Of a DNA stretch of 64,000 nucleotides, positions 23,041 through 36,462 are shown piece by piece. The notes below the pieces were generated by a model. The model ran no database searches, had not been told where the DNA came from, and worked only from the letters and a program-made list of their open reading frames with translations. The stretch comes from Azolla caroliniana (lineage: Eukaryota; Plantae; Polypodiophyta). The first letter of the stretch is position 1. Each line of letters starts with the position of its first letter. The DNA lies in contig JBHGNT010000006.1 in the NCBI GenBank assembly GCA_043228905.1, forward strand, positions 17,980,001-18,044,000, written 5' to 3'. Both the position numbers and the translations under genes were made by a program.

Positions 23041-23977
23041 CAAGTCAGAACCAAAGGGTTTACTGCTACTCCTACCGAAAGGAAGGACATTATAGTAGCC
23101 AATGATCGCCGAGGTGATGGATGTTCAACAAATCACAACAAGATCCAAAGGAAAAGCTGCCAAGTGGGAGACCCAGGAAGGAGGTCATTAGGAGGCAAGC
23201 CACCGAATGGACACAGAAAGCAAATGAACGCAACATGGCCGAAGTGAAGGAACAGATCCAGCCTTTGGAGGAACCATTACGTAGCATGGACAACGACCCC
23301 ATTTGGCAGGCATTACAATTGTGTCAGATCATGTTGCCTCTAGGCTGCCTGTTGCAGTTAGTTCCCCGATTCACGGAAGTACTTAAATCTGTGGTAACAT
23401 CACAAAACTCGGAGCCGGCACCAACATTCTTCTCCAACCTGGAGGAAGGACCGACAGTAGTGGACACCATCAGTCCGGTGATAACAGGGATTATCAAAGG
23501 AAAAGAGATACCCAAAACAATTGTGGATGGAGGTTTCGGAGTAAACGTGATAAGCCAACGAACCGACGACACTCTTGGTATAAGAGAATGGCAAACCGTG
23601 CCCGTTTTGGGTGTGAGTGGTGGATACTAGTTCGGTTCAGCCAACCGAACACATCCGGGACATGGAGACACTCTTGGTATAAGAGAATGGGAAACTGTGC
23701 CCGTTTTGGTTGTGAGTGGTGGATACTAGTTCGGTTCAGCCAACCGGACTCATCCGGAACTTGGAGATTACAATCAGTGGGCATGCATTTTGTATATCCG
23801 CGATAGTCCTGCAACTCAACATGCAAGGAGCTTATTCCTTGTTGTGAGGGAGACTATGGCTAAGGACGGCACATATAAAGCAAAATTGCCAGAAGAACGT
23901 CATTACCTTCCCAAGACAAAAGACGAAAGTGCGGGTACCGACCCAAGCACGCATGGATACCAATAAGGAGCTCACGT
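23041..23977 (+). pseudogene. Gypsy-A gag zinc knuckle and protease fragment
   Basis: Decayed knuckle, LLQLVPRFT and IVDGGFG motifs; ~98-bp tandem duplication at ~23569-23767. Confidence 0.85.
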
Positions 23978-24951
23978 TGTCGTTGAGTGGCTCGCCTAGA
24001 ATGTAGCATTGCCTAGACAAAAGATAACGTAGAAGTGAGGAAGGAATCGTTGGGATTATGGATGGAAGACACGAAAGAGTAGAGATGGCGTGAATAAAGA
24101 TCGACAAGATATGGCAAGGTAGGATTTTTAAGAAATATGAGATATGGCAAGATAAGATATAAAATGATATTTGAGAAAATGTAGGAAATTTATAATCATT
24201 ATCATGAAAGAGTTACAAAATGGTTGCGAGCATTATTGATTTCGAACTTTGTCTCACAAGGTAATCGCTCTTCTATTTCTTGATAGTAAGCCACAACAAT
24301 CTTCACTTCAATATTTTGATGAAGATAAGAATCGAACCGCCGCCCTTCCGTTGTGAGTTGAGGAGGACAACCGCCAAGCTAGTTCTCTTCTAGTCTTTTG
24401 AAGATACCTCTCTCTCCCTCTTTGTCTATTATGATATATTATAATTCTCTCTTGATCCAATATAATTCGATTCAATCTTATTTCTTGGTATCTTTGTGAC
24501 TACATCCCCTTCTCTTTTTATAGCAAAGGTATAGTCTTGCATGTGGTCCATGTGGTGCACATGCAGATAAGCTCTTGCATGTGTGCTATATGGTGCACAT
24601 GTAATATATTACAATGTTTACACTATTTAATGCAAGTTCAAATAATACAACACGTATATTTTTCACCTGTTGTGAGTATTAGCTAAGTGGTAGTGATTAC
24701 CTTTCTATAGTTGTTGTAATATTATGTATATAGTTTACATATCATGAATGTTTGCTAATTGGTAACATGTGAGGCTCATAAGCTGGAGGTTGTTAGTTCA
24801 AGTCTTCTCTTGTCCTCATAATATAGTGTTTTACTTTATTCACCTTATATAATGTATAATATTATAAAAACACTATCAAGATTTTTTTAATTTTAGTTAT
24901 GTATTTATCTTGTTGTAGACTTTTGATGTGAAGCTTTCATACTTCACGACA
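23978..24951 (-). repeat. 3' LTR of Gypsy-D
   Basis: TGTC...GACA termini; matches 34940-35585 plus 48029-48419. Confidence 0.9.
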
Positions 24952-24963
24952 TCCACCCCCTCT
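24952..24963 (-). promoter_or_regulatory. Polypurine tract of Gypsy-D
   Basis: AGAGGGGGTGGA on the minus strand, abutting the LTR. Confidence 0.85.
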
Positions 24964-24964
24964 A

Positions 24965-26302
24965 GACATGCACATCCTCCGGCATGTGCCACTATCTTTC
25001 TTCTTCATGTTGATCTATTGGTGGAGTTTCAAGCTCGAACCTTTTCTTAAATACTTTTATCCTCTTTCCCACTACCATGTTTAGGATTAGTGTCTTATCC
25101 AATTCACTAAGCTTATAGGTAAAGTTATCAAATACTTTTTTCACTATGTAAGGCCCAAATCATCTTTCAACAAACTTGCAGACGGTGCTATGTTGATTAT
25201 CTAAACCGCTATCATACATGAGTACCCAATCCCCTTCTTCTATTTTCTTAGGCCGAATTCTGTGAGTTTTATCAAAATGAATTTTATTCTTTAGTTGGGC
25301 CTCCTTCAATCTTTGGGCTGCCAATTCTATATCTTCAGGTCGATGCTTTAATTGTTGAATTCGCAAAGCAAGCAATTTTTCTCTGCTCACCTCCTCTTTC
25401 CATGGAATAGATACCCATGACATAATTGATTCTTCTATTGGCATGATGGGCTTTTGGCCAAGTATCAATTCAGTTGGCAGGCATCCTGATACCGAACTAT
25501 GCGTTGTCCATCTGCCCATAGTGCATAAGGTAGCATGTGTGGCCAATCTCTTCGTTTACCTTTACAGCTTTTCACAATTGCCTTAACTATTGGGCTATGT
25601 CCTCTTTCAATCTTTCCATTGGCTTCTGGATTATACGCAGTTGTAAGCGATAATTTGACCCCTATCCGGCTGAAGAATTCTCTAGCTTCATCAGAGTCAA
25701 GTTCTCCTCTATCTACAATTATTTTACCAACACACCCGTAACGACATATTACATTTTCTAACAAAAATTTACATACAACTCTAGTTGTTTTTTTTCGTAG
25801 TGGTCTTCCTTCTACTTGGTTTGTAAGGTCTTCTCTTGCTAGTACTAAGTATCACATTTGACCTTCCCCGAGTGGCATTGTCACTAGATCGACCATCCAT
25901 TTATAATGCATCGATTATGAATATGTTGGTTTTAACTCATCTCGATACTAAATAGTTGAATACCTCATCGAGGATTTTAACTCATCGAGGATTTTTGGTT
26001 GGCCTTTTTGGGCGCCTCCATAAATGCCCTTCATGTAAAAAAAACTTCAATGCTCGTCTTCGAAATTCATTTAATTGTTTCTTTGACCATGATGGGCTTT
26101 AGAAAATTTACTATTTCTAACCATTGACCTTCATACTCCATATCTTTGAACATTATACTAACATTAAATTCAGCATGAGGCTTAATAGATACTTGATGAG
26201 CAACTTGATGGCTTGTAGTTGCCCAATTCTTATCTTCAGCTTGCCTCACCCTTTCATTTATGAACCTTGCTCTTGACGGCATATCTGCGACTAGGTTCTC
26301 TT
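24965..26302 (-). pseudogene. Gypsy-D RNase H C-terminus and integrase
   Basis: NLVADMPSR, ICRYGCVGKIIVDRGE, TTAYNPEANGKIERGH and GPY motifs. Confidence 0.88.
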
Positions 26303-26996
26303 TGACAAGAATGCACACTCCCTTCCGCCGCACTCGGCCACAACCGAGTCTAAAATCAAAACACAGAAAAAACGGATAATGAATGCACGACACAGAGGAG
26401 AGAAAAGAGTAGACATGATGTTTACGTGGAAAACCCAAACTAGGGAAAAACCACGACAGCCCACAGACTGCAAACTATCACTATATCACAAAGCTTACAA
26501 CAGTGAGCTCACAGAGGCAACGACCTCGTGCTCACGATCTTCGCCACAAGCGGCGGTTACAACAGAGGCAACGACCTCTTCGTTTCTTTCTTTCTCTCTC
26601 TCTCTGTATACACTGTTGCACTCTAATCTTGCGCCAACAAGAATGACAACACCCACACACATAAACAACAGTTTGCCCTAAGTCATATTTATACTAAAAT
26701 GACTTTTCGGCTATTTACAAATATAGCCCCGATGGACTCTCAGAAACATATTTACGAATATGTCCCTTCATCCGGTGATCACTCTTCACCGGGCCTGCAT
26801 CATCCGGCGCTTGTCGGGCACTCATCATCCGGTTCTCACCGGGTCATCTGTAGTCAGGTACTCCTCATCCGGTTCTCACTAGGTCATCATCATCCGATTC
26901 TCATTGGGTCATGAATAGTCGGGTATTCCTCATCCGGCTCTCACCGGTTCATCCGTAGCCGGGTACTCCTCATCCGGAGGGACCTGTTTCCTAACA
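26303..26996 (-). repeat. 3' LTR of Copia-3
   Basis: TGTTAG...TGTCA termini on the minus strand; related to the Copia-1/2 LTRs, with degenerate CATCCGG tandem units. Confidence 0.9.
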
Positions 26997-27009
26997 AACT
27001 CCCCCTTCA

Positions 27010-30000
27010 CTATGGCATGGGGTGTCTTACTAGTCCGACCCGCTTCCGAGATGCATCCAGCTTGTCAGGTGTTAGTACTTTGGTCAACATATCTGACCCG
27101 TTCTCGGCCGTGTGGATCTTCGTCAGCACGAACTCCTGGTCATCTACTCTTTCTCGGATCCAGTGATACCTACGCTGGATATGCTTCGTCCAAGAATGGT
27201 AGGCCGCATTCTTAGCAAGGTGGATGACACTTTGACTGTCGCAATAGATCCGGTATTCATCTTGTCGGATACCGAGCTCTCCTATGAAGTCCTTCATCCA
27301 TAATATTTCCTTGCCGGCTTCCACAACCGCCATGTACTCCGCCTCCGTGGTTGACAACACAACTGTCTTCTGCAGCGTTGACTGTCACGAAACAGCTCCC
27401 CCTGCATATGTCATTACATACCTGGATGTAGACCGGGTGGTATCCACATCAGCCGACATGTCCGAATCAGTAAAACCGTCAAGTTGAGGTTTACCGGAGC
27501 CGAATCAGAGACACATATTTGAAGTGCCCTTCAAGTACCGAAGTATCCATTTGACCGCATTCCAGTGCTCCTTGCCAAGATTGCTCATAAACCGGCTCAC
27601 CACTCCGACTGAGTATCCTATATCCGGTCGGGTACACACCAATGCATACATTAAGCTCCCGACGGCAGAGGCATATGGAACTTTCATCATATCAGCCTTC
27701 TCTACTTTCGTCTTCGGGCTTTGCTTACCGGATAACCTGCAATTTCCCGGAAGTGTCGATCCGACCAGTTTCGTATCTGACATGTTGAACCGCTAAAGCA
27801 CCTTTGTCACGTATTTCTCCTGTGACAGCCACAGTTGCTTCGTTGGCCGGTTCTGGATGATATGCATCCCCAACATCTGTCTTGCCAGACCCAAGTCTTT
27901 CATTGAGAAGGTCCGGTTGAGGGCCTTCTTTAGCATCCAAATTTTGGCTTGGTCCCGTTTGACAATCAACATGTCGTCCACATATAGAAGGAGTATCAGG
28001 AAGTCGCCTCCTTCGAACTTCTTCACAAAAACACAGTGAATGGCCTGCGTCTTGTGGTACCCTTGATCAGTCATGAAGGAGTCGAACTTCCGGTACCATT
28101 GCCGGGGGGCCTGCTTCAACCCGTATAGGCTTTTCTTCAAGCGGCAAACCAGGTGCTCCTTCCCTTTCTCCACGAATCCTTCCGGTTGCTGCATGTAGAT
28201 CTCCTCTTCGAGGTCACCGTGAAGTAATGTCGTCTTCACGTCCAGCTGCTCTACCTCGAGGTCCATGCTTGCCGCTATACTCAGCACCGTCCGGATGGAG
28301 GTCATCTTTACTACCGGGGAAAATATCTCATCGAAGTCCATGCCCTTCTTCTGTTGGAACCTCTTCACCACGATCCTGGCTTTGTATCTTGGGGGGTTGC
28401 CGGCATCTCCCGGTTTCAACTTGTACACCCACTTATTTCGGAGTTCCCGCTTTCCTTTCGGCAACTCCACCAATTCGTACATATGGTTCTCATGCAGGGA
28501 ATCCATCTCATCCTGCATGGCACTTAACCATTTTCAGTTGTGGGTGTCATCCTTCGCTTCTTCGAAGCTTTCTGGCTCCTCCTCATCAGTTAGCAGCACA
28601 TGCTCTGCATCCGGAAATCTCTGGGGGGCCCTTCTCTCTCTGAGAGGATATCTCCGTCTCTAGGCTTCGGTAATCGGCTCCTCCATTTTCTCTTCATTCG
28701 AATCCGATTCGGGGTCTTGGCCGGTTCCAGTTTCAGCTTCCTGTACTTCTTCTTCTTCCGGCTCGGTATCCTCACCGTTACTGGCTGGTTCCTCGAGTGC
28801 TAACCGGGCTCTTGCTGGTTGGGTCTGCTCATCGTAGAATCGATCCTTACCGGTCGACTCGGAGTTCATTATCTTCTTCTCCGACTCCCAGTCGGCGAGC
28901 GTCTTGTCCTCCATGAAGATAATATCTCGACTCCGGAATACATTCTTGTCGACCAGGTCCCACACTCGGTAGCTGAACTCATCGTCACCGTAACCGAGGA
29001 ATATGCATGGTCGGGTCTTTGGAACTAACTTTCCTCTCCGGTCCTTAGCAATATGCACGTACACGAGACACCCGAACACCTTCAGATGCCGGTAGGACAC
29101 TTCCTTACCGGTCCATACTCTCTGTGGCGTGTCTCCGTCCAAGGGTACTGAGGGTGATCTGTTTATCACATATGTCGCCATCGACAGTGCCTCAACCCAA
29201 AACTTCTTGGGTAGTTTTGCATGCGCCAGGATACTCCAGACCCTCTCCATTATGGTCTGGTTCATCCTCTCGGCCAGCCCGTTTAGTTCCGGCGTCTTCG
29301 GCACGTTAAATTCAAGCCGGATTCCCTTCGAGCGAAAGTACTCCTCGAACTGCCCCCGGTATTCACCTCCGTTATCTGCTCGAACCGCCTTCAGCTTCCG
29401 GCCGGTTTCTCTTTCCACTCTCGCGTGGAGCTCTTTGAAGATGGATAACACCTGATCCTTCGTCTTCAATGGTGTGGCCCACAACTTCCGGCTGTGGTCA
29501 TCTATGAACGTCACGAAGTACTGCGATCCTGCATGTGACTTGGTGTCCACTTGACAGACATCTGTATGCACCAACTGTACTGGTGCATTACGTCTCATCG
29601 GTGGCCTCGATCGGAAGGAGGTCCGGTTTTGCTTTCCGGCCAGACAATCAGTGCACTTCTCCAAGTGCACATTCTTCACTGGAATGAGGTTGTCGTCTGC
29701 AAGCCTCTTCATCCCCTTCTCGCTCATGTGACACAGCCTCTTGTGCCACAGCTCACCGACAGTGTCGGATGCCACATTCACTTCCTCCGGACATAACTGG
29801 GCATTCATCAGGTACAATGTGTTTACCTTCCAGGCCCGAGCCACAATTAGGCTCCCTTTGCTGAACTTCATAACACCGTTCCGGATGCTACCCATGTAGC
29901 TTTCATCATCTAGCCGACCGGCTAATTTCAGGTTCAGACGAACCTCCGGAACGTGTCAGACATCCTTCAGCAGCAGCTTGCATCCGATTGGTGTTGTTAA

Positions 30001-30660
30001 CCACACGTCTCCTATGCCGACAATCCGGCATGTACCTTCATTCCCCATCCGGACACAGCCGTGATCACCGGCTGAGTAGGATGAGAAGCATTTCCGGTCC
30101 GGGGTAAGGTGGAACAACGCTCCGGAGTTGACCACCCAGGTCATCTCGTCGCCAGCAAGGTTTATCTCACTCTCCTCGGTGATGAGCATCAACTCTTCTT
30201 CGCTTGCCGCGATTGCCGTTGTTCCCTTCCGGTCCAGCCCCCTCCGGTCTTTACCGTTCCGGTCCGGTGTCCGCTTCGGATTGGTACTTTTCAGAAATGC
30301 CGACAGTTCTTCTGGAAGTGTCCCGGCTTGCCGCAATAGAAGCAAGTAGGCCTCCCCCTTGACTTTGACCGTGTCCCCGACTTTTCCCGGTTCTGGGGGC
30401 TACGGTTCCTTTGTCTTCTGCGTTCCGATTCGGTATGGAGCGCTTTGGAGTCGGAGCTCGTATCCTTATCTTTCCGACGCGCCTCCTCATCTAGCAAGCT
30501 CTACTTCACTCTTGCTAGGGATAACCATTTCCCTTCCGGCCCGGCGTTGACCAAGGTGACAACCAACGTCTCCCAGCTATCTGGGAAGGAACCGAGCAGG
30601 AGTAGTGCTAGTACCTCATCAGCAAGAGGTACTTCCAATGATGTTGCCTGGTGAATCAAC
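27010..30660 (-). pseudogene. Copia-3 gag(3' part)-pol
   Basis: CFYCGKPGHF knuckle; integrase 28660-29895; RT with YVDD 27793-28518; RNase H 27010-27360; several stops and frameshifts. Confidence 0.93.
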
Positions 30661-30742
30661 CGGCCACTCATCATTCGGTTCTCACCGGGTCATCCGTAGC
30701 CGGGTACTCCTCATCCGGAGGAACCTGTTTCCTAACACTCTT

Positions 30743-33700
30743 TGCCCTTTATATGCCGTAATTCTAGGTTCATGGTTTTGATGTATGCAATCCACCGAAT
30801 CATTGCAATATCTTATGTCGTACAACTTGCTATCATTCCGATGAGTGGCAGACAATCTGGCTCAACCACTACATCTACTCCAATAAAGTAATCTCTATCT
30901 GTTTTTAATGCAGTAAGCAAACCCACAATTCTCGTTTAACTTGTGCATAATTTCATTGTCTTTCATTTAATATCTTTGCTCCAAATCTGATAGCATACCA
31001 ATGTTGGTCTTCATCTTCTTGCTTGCTAACCCAATTGATCCCAATTGAGCTAGTATCAATTGTCATTGTAATTGGGCATTCACCTTTGTAGTCTGGTTGA
31101 CGAAGAACTGGAACTTTCAATAATGCTTCTTTCAATTGGTTAACAACTTGTGTATGTTCATCAGTCCAAATAAACTTCATCCCTTTTCTTAAAAGTTGGT
31201 AGAGAGGATTTGATACATGTGCAAAGTGTGGTAACCAAATAGGATTTGATACATGCACCTAAAAATCTTCTCACCTCTGTTACTGATTCGCAAACCTCCT
31301 TCATATTTTGTATTGCGTTAATTTTGATCGGTGATGGCTTCCCCCCATACCAAACACACATATGACCAACTATCAGAACTTCGTTCTGCCCAAAGCTTGA
31401 CTTTGTTCCTAATAGTGTCAAATGTACCTGCTCAAGCGTATTTAAAATACTTTCACAATCATTAATGTGATCCATCACAAACTTTCTGCAACCATTTCCA
31501 ACCATAGTCTCATCTTTCTCTCTTTCTAAGCATCATTTAATAGGAATGTCATCTAAAAATGGCATAGTTACCTTTGGGATGTATTCATGTAGAACTTTGT
31601 TCATTGCATTCATCATATGAGCAACTGAATTCGTCACACCTTGAGGTAAAGTGCACATTCAAACCAACCAAACTAGTGTTTTCATTGTTGTGATATTGCG
31701 ACTTATCAATTTCTAGTTGAAATTGGTTGTATTCTGAATATAGGTCTCCCACAGAGTAAATCACTCTCCCAACAAAAGATTCTGCAAATTCATCAACAAT
31801 CAGCCCGATTCCTGCATTTCGGATTGTGACTTTGTTGACTGGTTGTAGATCTTGAATGAATCTTAGAGAACCATCTTTCTTTGGAACTCTAAACCATCTA
31901 TTGGAGTATGGTGCATTTGAAGGCTCCAAAATCTTCATCTTGACTTTATCCTTCAGTAGCTCCAACAATTGAGGTAATCGAGCTCTTGGTACTGCAATAG
32001 ATTTAAAATTCCAAGGAATATGAGGGATAGTAAATATTACCATTGGCGTCACCACCTTTGGATCTACACAACCAATCTCCTCAGCTTTGAATGCAAACGC
32101 TTTCCCATGCTTAAAGATCATTTCTTTGAAAGTCGCGATCTCTGATTGCAAAAGAAATTCACCCCCTCCGATTCACAAGTTATTCATTGTCTCTCAAGTG
32201 AAGTGATGTCCGATCTTCTCTATTGGTCGAAGCATAGGCTCAGTTGTTGCTGCCTCCATCTTCTCTTCATTACCAATAGGTAATGGTACTTCAACAGGTT
32301 TGACCTTCTTATCTATTGTTTTGTATTTTGTATTACATAAGCTTTCTACTTCTTCATATTTACAATTCTACCTATCAATCTCATAATACATATCAATTAA
32401 GTTTACATGTATCTCTCTAACACTCTCATCATCTTCTTTCAAATACATTTCTAACTCTTCTATAGTATTTGCAAAAGAAATTTCTTCCATAACACTTTCA
32501 ATGTGCTCTTCCATTTCAAGTACTCCATTATCCTTCAATGCCTATTGAAACAAATTAGCATTCTTTTGCAAGTTCCTCTTGCATTCATACATCCTAGTCA
32601 CACATATAGCACCACTTTCAAAAACATGAAATCACTTATTCATATGTTGTAATGCCCTACGTGAGGGTCTTTTAATAATGGGACTATTGCAACCCTCATT
32701 TGCAATAGTCCTAGTCAAAAACCTGATTATCAAAATCATCACATTCTTTTGGTATCGAATGATCACAAAGCTCTTGCTTGTTCCTCTCATGATTTGGGTG
32801 AACCGTCATAAACTGTACAGTTCTTCGTCCATCTTGGCTTCAAATCTTCACATTGGCACAACCATTGTCAAGGACTTTGGTCTCCCTCTGTACTGTTGTG
32901 ATGTATGGTTGACCCAAGATTATCGGATAGGTAGATCCTTCATGCACAAAGAAATGTTGATCTACCTCTATATCACCAATAGTAACCTTTACATTTGGGC
33001 ATGCACCAAATAAATCTTCAGTGACTGATGTTGTTGCTTTTACACGCCCACCATGTTGAGTATCAATTGGCCATCTACCTTTCTTGTAAAAATCAGCACT
33101 CATTATATTTATTTCAGAACCATGATCAATAAGTGCCGTCACTGGGTTTGGAACATTTCCAATCTTCACATGATGCTTAGTAGTGGCTCTTGCCCAACAT
33201 TTGCGAGAGTAGTGACTTCTTATCTCTGTTGAACTTATCATTAAGGTTGATGCATGTTGAGAGTCAACAATGATATTGTTTGACTCGTTGCTTACCACTT
33301 CATATGCCACCTTCGGATTTGTCTCTTTAACCAGCTCATTTACTTGCTTATTTCTTTGCACAATATCAATTATTTCATCATGAAATTCCTTTTTTGCAAT
33401 ACCTAACACTTCTCTTAGTGTAAATTCTACTCGATTGTCTAGTATTCTTGTTTCTAAAATTTTCTTTAAATTTGTATCCTTTTCAATATCAGACATTAAT
33501 TTGAATGAAGGACCAGATTTTCCTTTTTCAACTTTTGCGTCCATCTCTTTTCTTTTGTTTTCTCTTATTTCATGCCTTTTTGTTGAGCCAATTTCATCAT
33601 CCGACCTTTTCCTTTTTTTCTTCCACTATCACCTCATGCTCTTTGTGTTCTGCCATCTAAGCATAGACTGTGATAGCATCTACTGGAACATGACATCTAT

Positions 33701-34850
33701 TGTGTTTCCTTACAAAATCTCCGGCAACACAAAGGTCTTCCATCTTCAACTTTTGCTTTTGTGCGGAACTTACAACCTTCTCCCAGAACAATGATTGGTA
33801 TGGCATGTCATCAAGACGCATTCCTGCCATTGTCGAGTAGTACATTGCAGAAGCCTTCTTTGCTTCAGCTTCTTCAAACTTAACCTTAACACCACCATCA
33901 CCAAAGTCTCGATTTTTCTAGTTAAGTAAATGTTACCATTTTTCCAATAGACCAAGTCTCGATTTTCCATGTCTTTATATTCCCCACAATCACGTAATCA
34001 ATGTTTGAGACTATCACACCACATGCATCGAGGTCGAAATGGTTCCCTTGACCTCGAAGTCTGACCATTCTCAAGCTTTGCCACTTTAATTGTTAGATCT
34101 TTCATACTTTGAACTAAATCATCAAGCAAAGACTCACTCTTAGTTTTGATCATTTCTCGTGGTTGATGGACCATATCGTGTGATGGTTCTCGAGCAAGTC
34201 TTTGAACTGCGATGTTTTGCTCAAGCCGATTTGTGATTCTAACATGCAGTATTTGTAGCATTACACCATTCCTTTGCATTCTTTTCATAAATTTATTACA
34301 AGCATTTGTTACCTCATTCCAATCTGCAGTTATACCATCCTCAGTATTTGGTACTTCAAGCATAAATTCCAATTCTTTTCTATATCTCTTGTCAATTGCC
34401 TGCAAAAATAAAGCAACCTTTTGCCAAGACAAAAAATTTCTTTCTTCTGGCTTTAAGTGTCCATACAATCTATCAAACTCTTTTTTCGTGTCAATCACAG
34501 ATAATCCTTTATTTCCTTTTAGGATCCATTCATGGAATGAATGCATGGTAACGCAAGAGAAATCCTCACGAGCATATTCAGACACAAGTGCTTTTTTGAA
34601 TGCATTCCAATCCAAACTATGCAATGTTTGTATTTCATGATTCTATCTCTTAATTCCATGTCCACTAATTTATAAAACTTTGCTACCATATTGACATCAT
34701 TCATACCGGACATTTCCATTTCATCATAATATATATTCACATACTTCAAAATATTTGTGCCATCAACCATACCAATCGTCTCTCAAACTTCTCGTAAGGC
34801 ATGAAATAATCGATCTTGATTCAACTTTTCAATAAACAAGCTTACCGGAT
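30743..34850 (-). pseudogene. Gypsy-D gag, protease, RT and RNase H N-terminus
   Basis: CMWCDSLKH knuckle; ALIDHGSEIN protease; WFRVPKKDGSLRFIQDLQPVN and PFLDD RT motifs; TIDTSSIG RNase H. Confidence 0.88.
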
Positions 34851-34916
34851 CCATTGTACTCTTACTTGTCATGTTGATGTTGATCTTTACTTTAGATGTC
34901 TCTTCTACTTCCCCAT

Positions 34917-34934
34917 TTCACGTCGGGTTCACCA
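34917..34934 (-). promoter_or_regulatory. Primer binding site (tRNA-Trp) of Gypsy-D
   Basis: TGGTGAACCCGACGTGAA on the minus strand, complementary to the plant tRNA-Trp 3' end ...TTCACGTCGGGTTCA-CCA (recalled). Confidence 0.85.
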
Positions 34935-34939
34935 AATTG

Positions 34940-35585
34940 TGTCCTGGCATGGCTCACTTAGAAGCGTAGCGTAGCGTAGATAGAAGATAATGTGAAAGTG
35001 AGGAAGGAATCGTTGGGGTTATGGACAGAAGACACGAAAGAGTAGAGATGGCGTGAATAAAAATCAATAGGATATGGCAAGGTAGGATTTTTAAGAAATA
35101 TGAGATATGGCAAGATAAGATATAAAATGATATTTGAGAAAATGTAGGAAATTTATAATCATTATCATGAAAGAGTTACAAAATGGTTGCGAGCATTATT
35201 GATTTCGAACTTTGTCTCACAAGGTAATCGCTCTTCTATTTCTTGATAGTAAGCCACAACAATCTTCACTTCAATATTTTGATGAAGATAAGAATCGAAC
35301 CGCCACCCTTCCGTTGCGAGTTGAGGAGGACAACCGCCAAGCTAGTTCTCTTCTAGTCTTTTGAAGATACCTCTCTCTCCCTCTTTGTCTATTATGATAT
35401 ATTATAATTCGATTCAATCTTATTTCTTGGTATCTTTGTGACTACATCCCCTTCTCTTTTTATAGTAAAGGGATAGTCTTGCATGTCGTCCATGTGTCGC
35501 ACATGCAGATAGGCTCTTGCATGCGTGTGCTATATGGTGCACATGTAATATACTACATACAATGTTTACACTATTTAATGCAAGT
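34940..35585 (-). repeat. 5' LTR of Gypsy-D, inner part
   Basis: Matches 23978 to ~24637. Confidence 0.9.
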
Positions 35586-36462
35586 GGGTAAAAGCATGCG
35601 AGTGAAAACACTATTATAGCTAATTAGCTACTTGTTTTAGTTTTTTGTGCGAAAATCATAAGGATGGTTTACGAAATTTTATGTTTTATTAGTTAAATAC
35701 ATGTCATTTAATTGATGCGAATACTCAAATATTTGAACTTTAGTTTCTGACATAGTGGAACATGGGGAATAGTGCCATCATCTAAGGTTGACTTGAATGT
35801 CATCAAATTCTTGATAATCCTGAGTTCGAGTTCGAACTCCAAACAGATGGAGTACTCTAAGCATGAACGTAGACGAAGCCCCCGCAGCAGCACTAAAACT
35901 CTGAGATCGACATTGCACGTTTAGAGCTACAACACACAAGCTAGTCGATCCTCGTCCAGGTATGTATCAATTACATATTAAAAAAACCTTTTTTTCCCTT
36001 TTTGATAACTGTCTGTAATTGTCTATAACTTTGGTGCCTGTTCATCTTTCCCAAAATTCGAATAGGGCGAAGTCATTGGAGTCCCAAACAAGGATGGCTC
36101 GAAGATCGGGGTGTAGCAGCAAGTGTGTTTCTAATTGACAGAATTTCGTAGTACGGTTGATTTTTGCCTTTAGTGATGATTAGGGTTTGTGTTTCCCTTA
36201 AGTGGTTTAGGGTTTCTGATTACAAATTTCAGATTACAAGTTTCTAGTTACAAATTTCTTATTATTGTCACAATCTGTTGTAATTTTGCACAAATTTTGA
36301 TTAGGGTTTCTAATTTTTTAAGTGGTTGATTTCTGATACATGTTGAAAAGGACAGATTACAAATTTCAGATTACTGTCTCAAAGTGTTGTAATTTTGCAC
36401 CAAATTCACATTAAAAATTTCTGTTTTTGCACCAATTCTGATTACTGATTTTCTATCTCAGG

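Larger units (their letters stand above)
26303..30737 (-). mobile_element. Ty1/copia Copia-3, with a deletion of most of the 5' LTR, the PBS and 5' gag
   Basis: TSD CTCTT at 26298-26302 and 30738-30742; 3' LTR 26303-26996; PPT at ~26997-27010; only ~80 bp of the 5' LTR remain (~30660-30737). Confidence 0.92.

Noticed and set aside
23569-23767. ~98-bp tandem duplication in the Gypsy-A protease region
   Set aside because: Absent from B and C; a local post-insertion duplication in a dead element.
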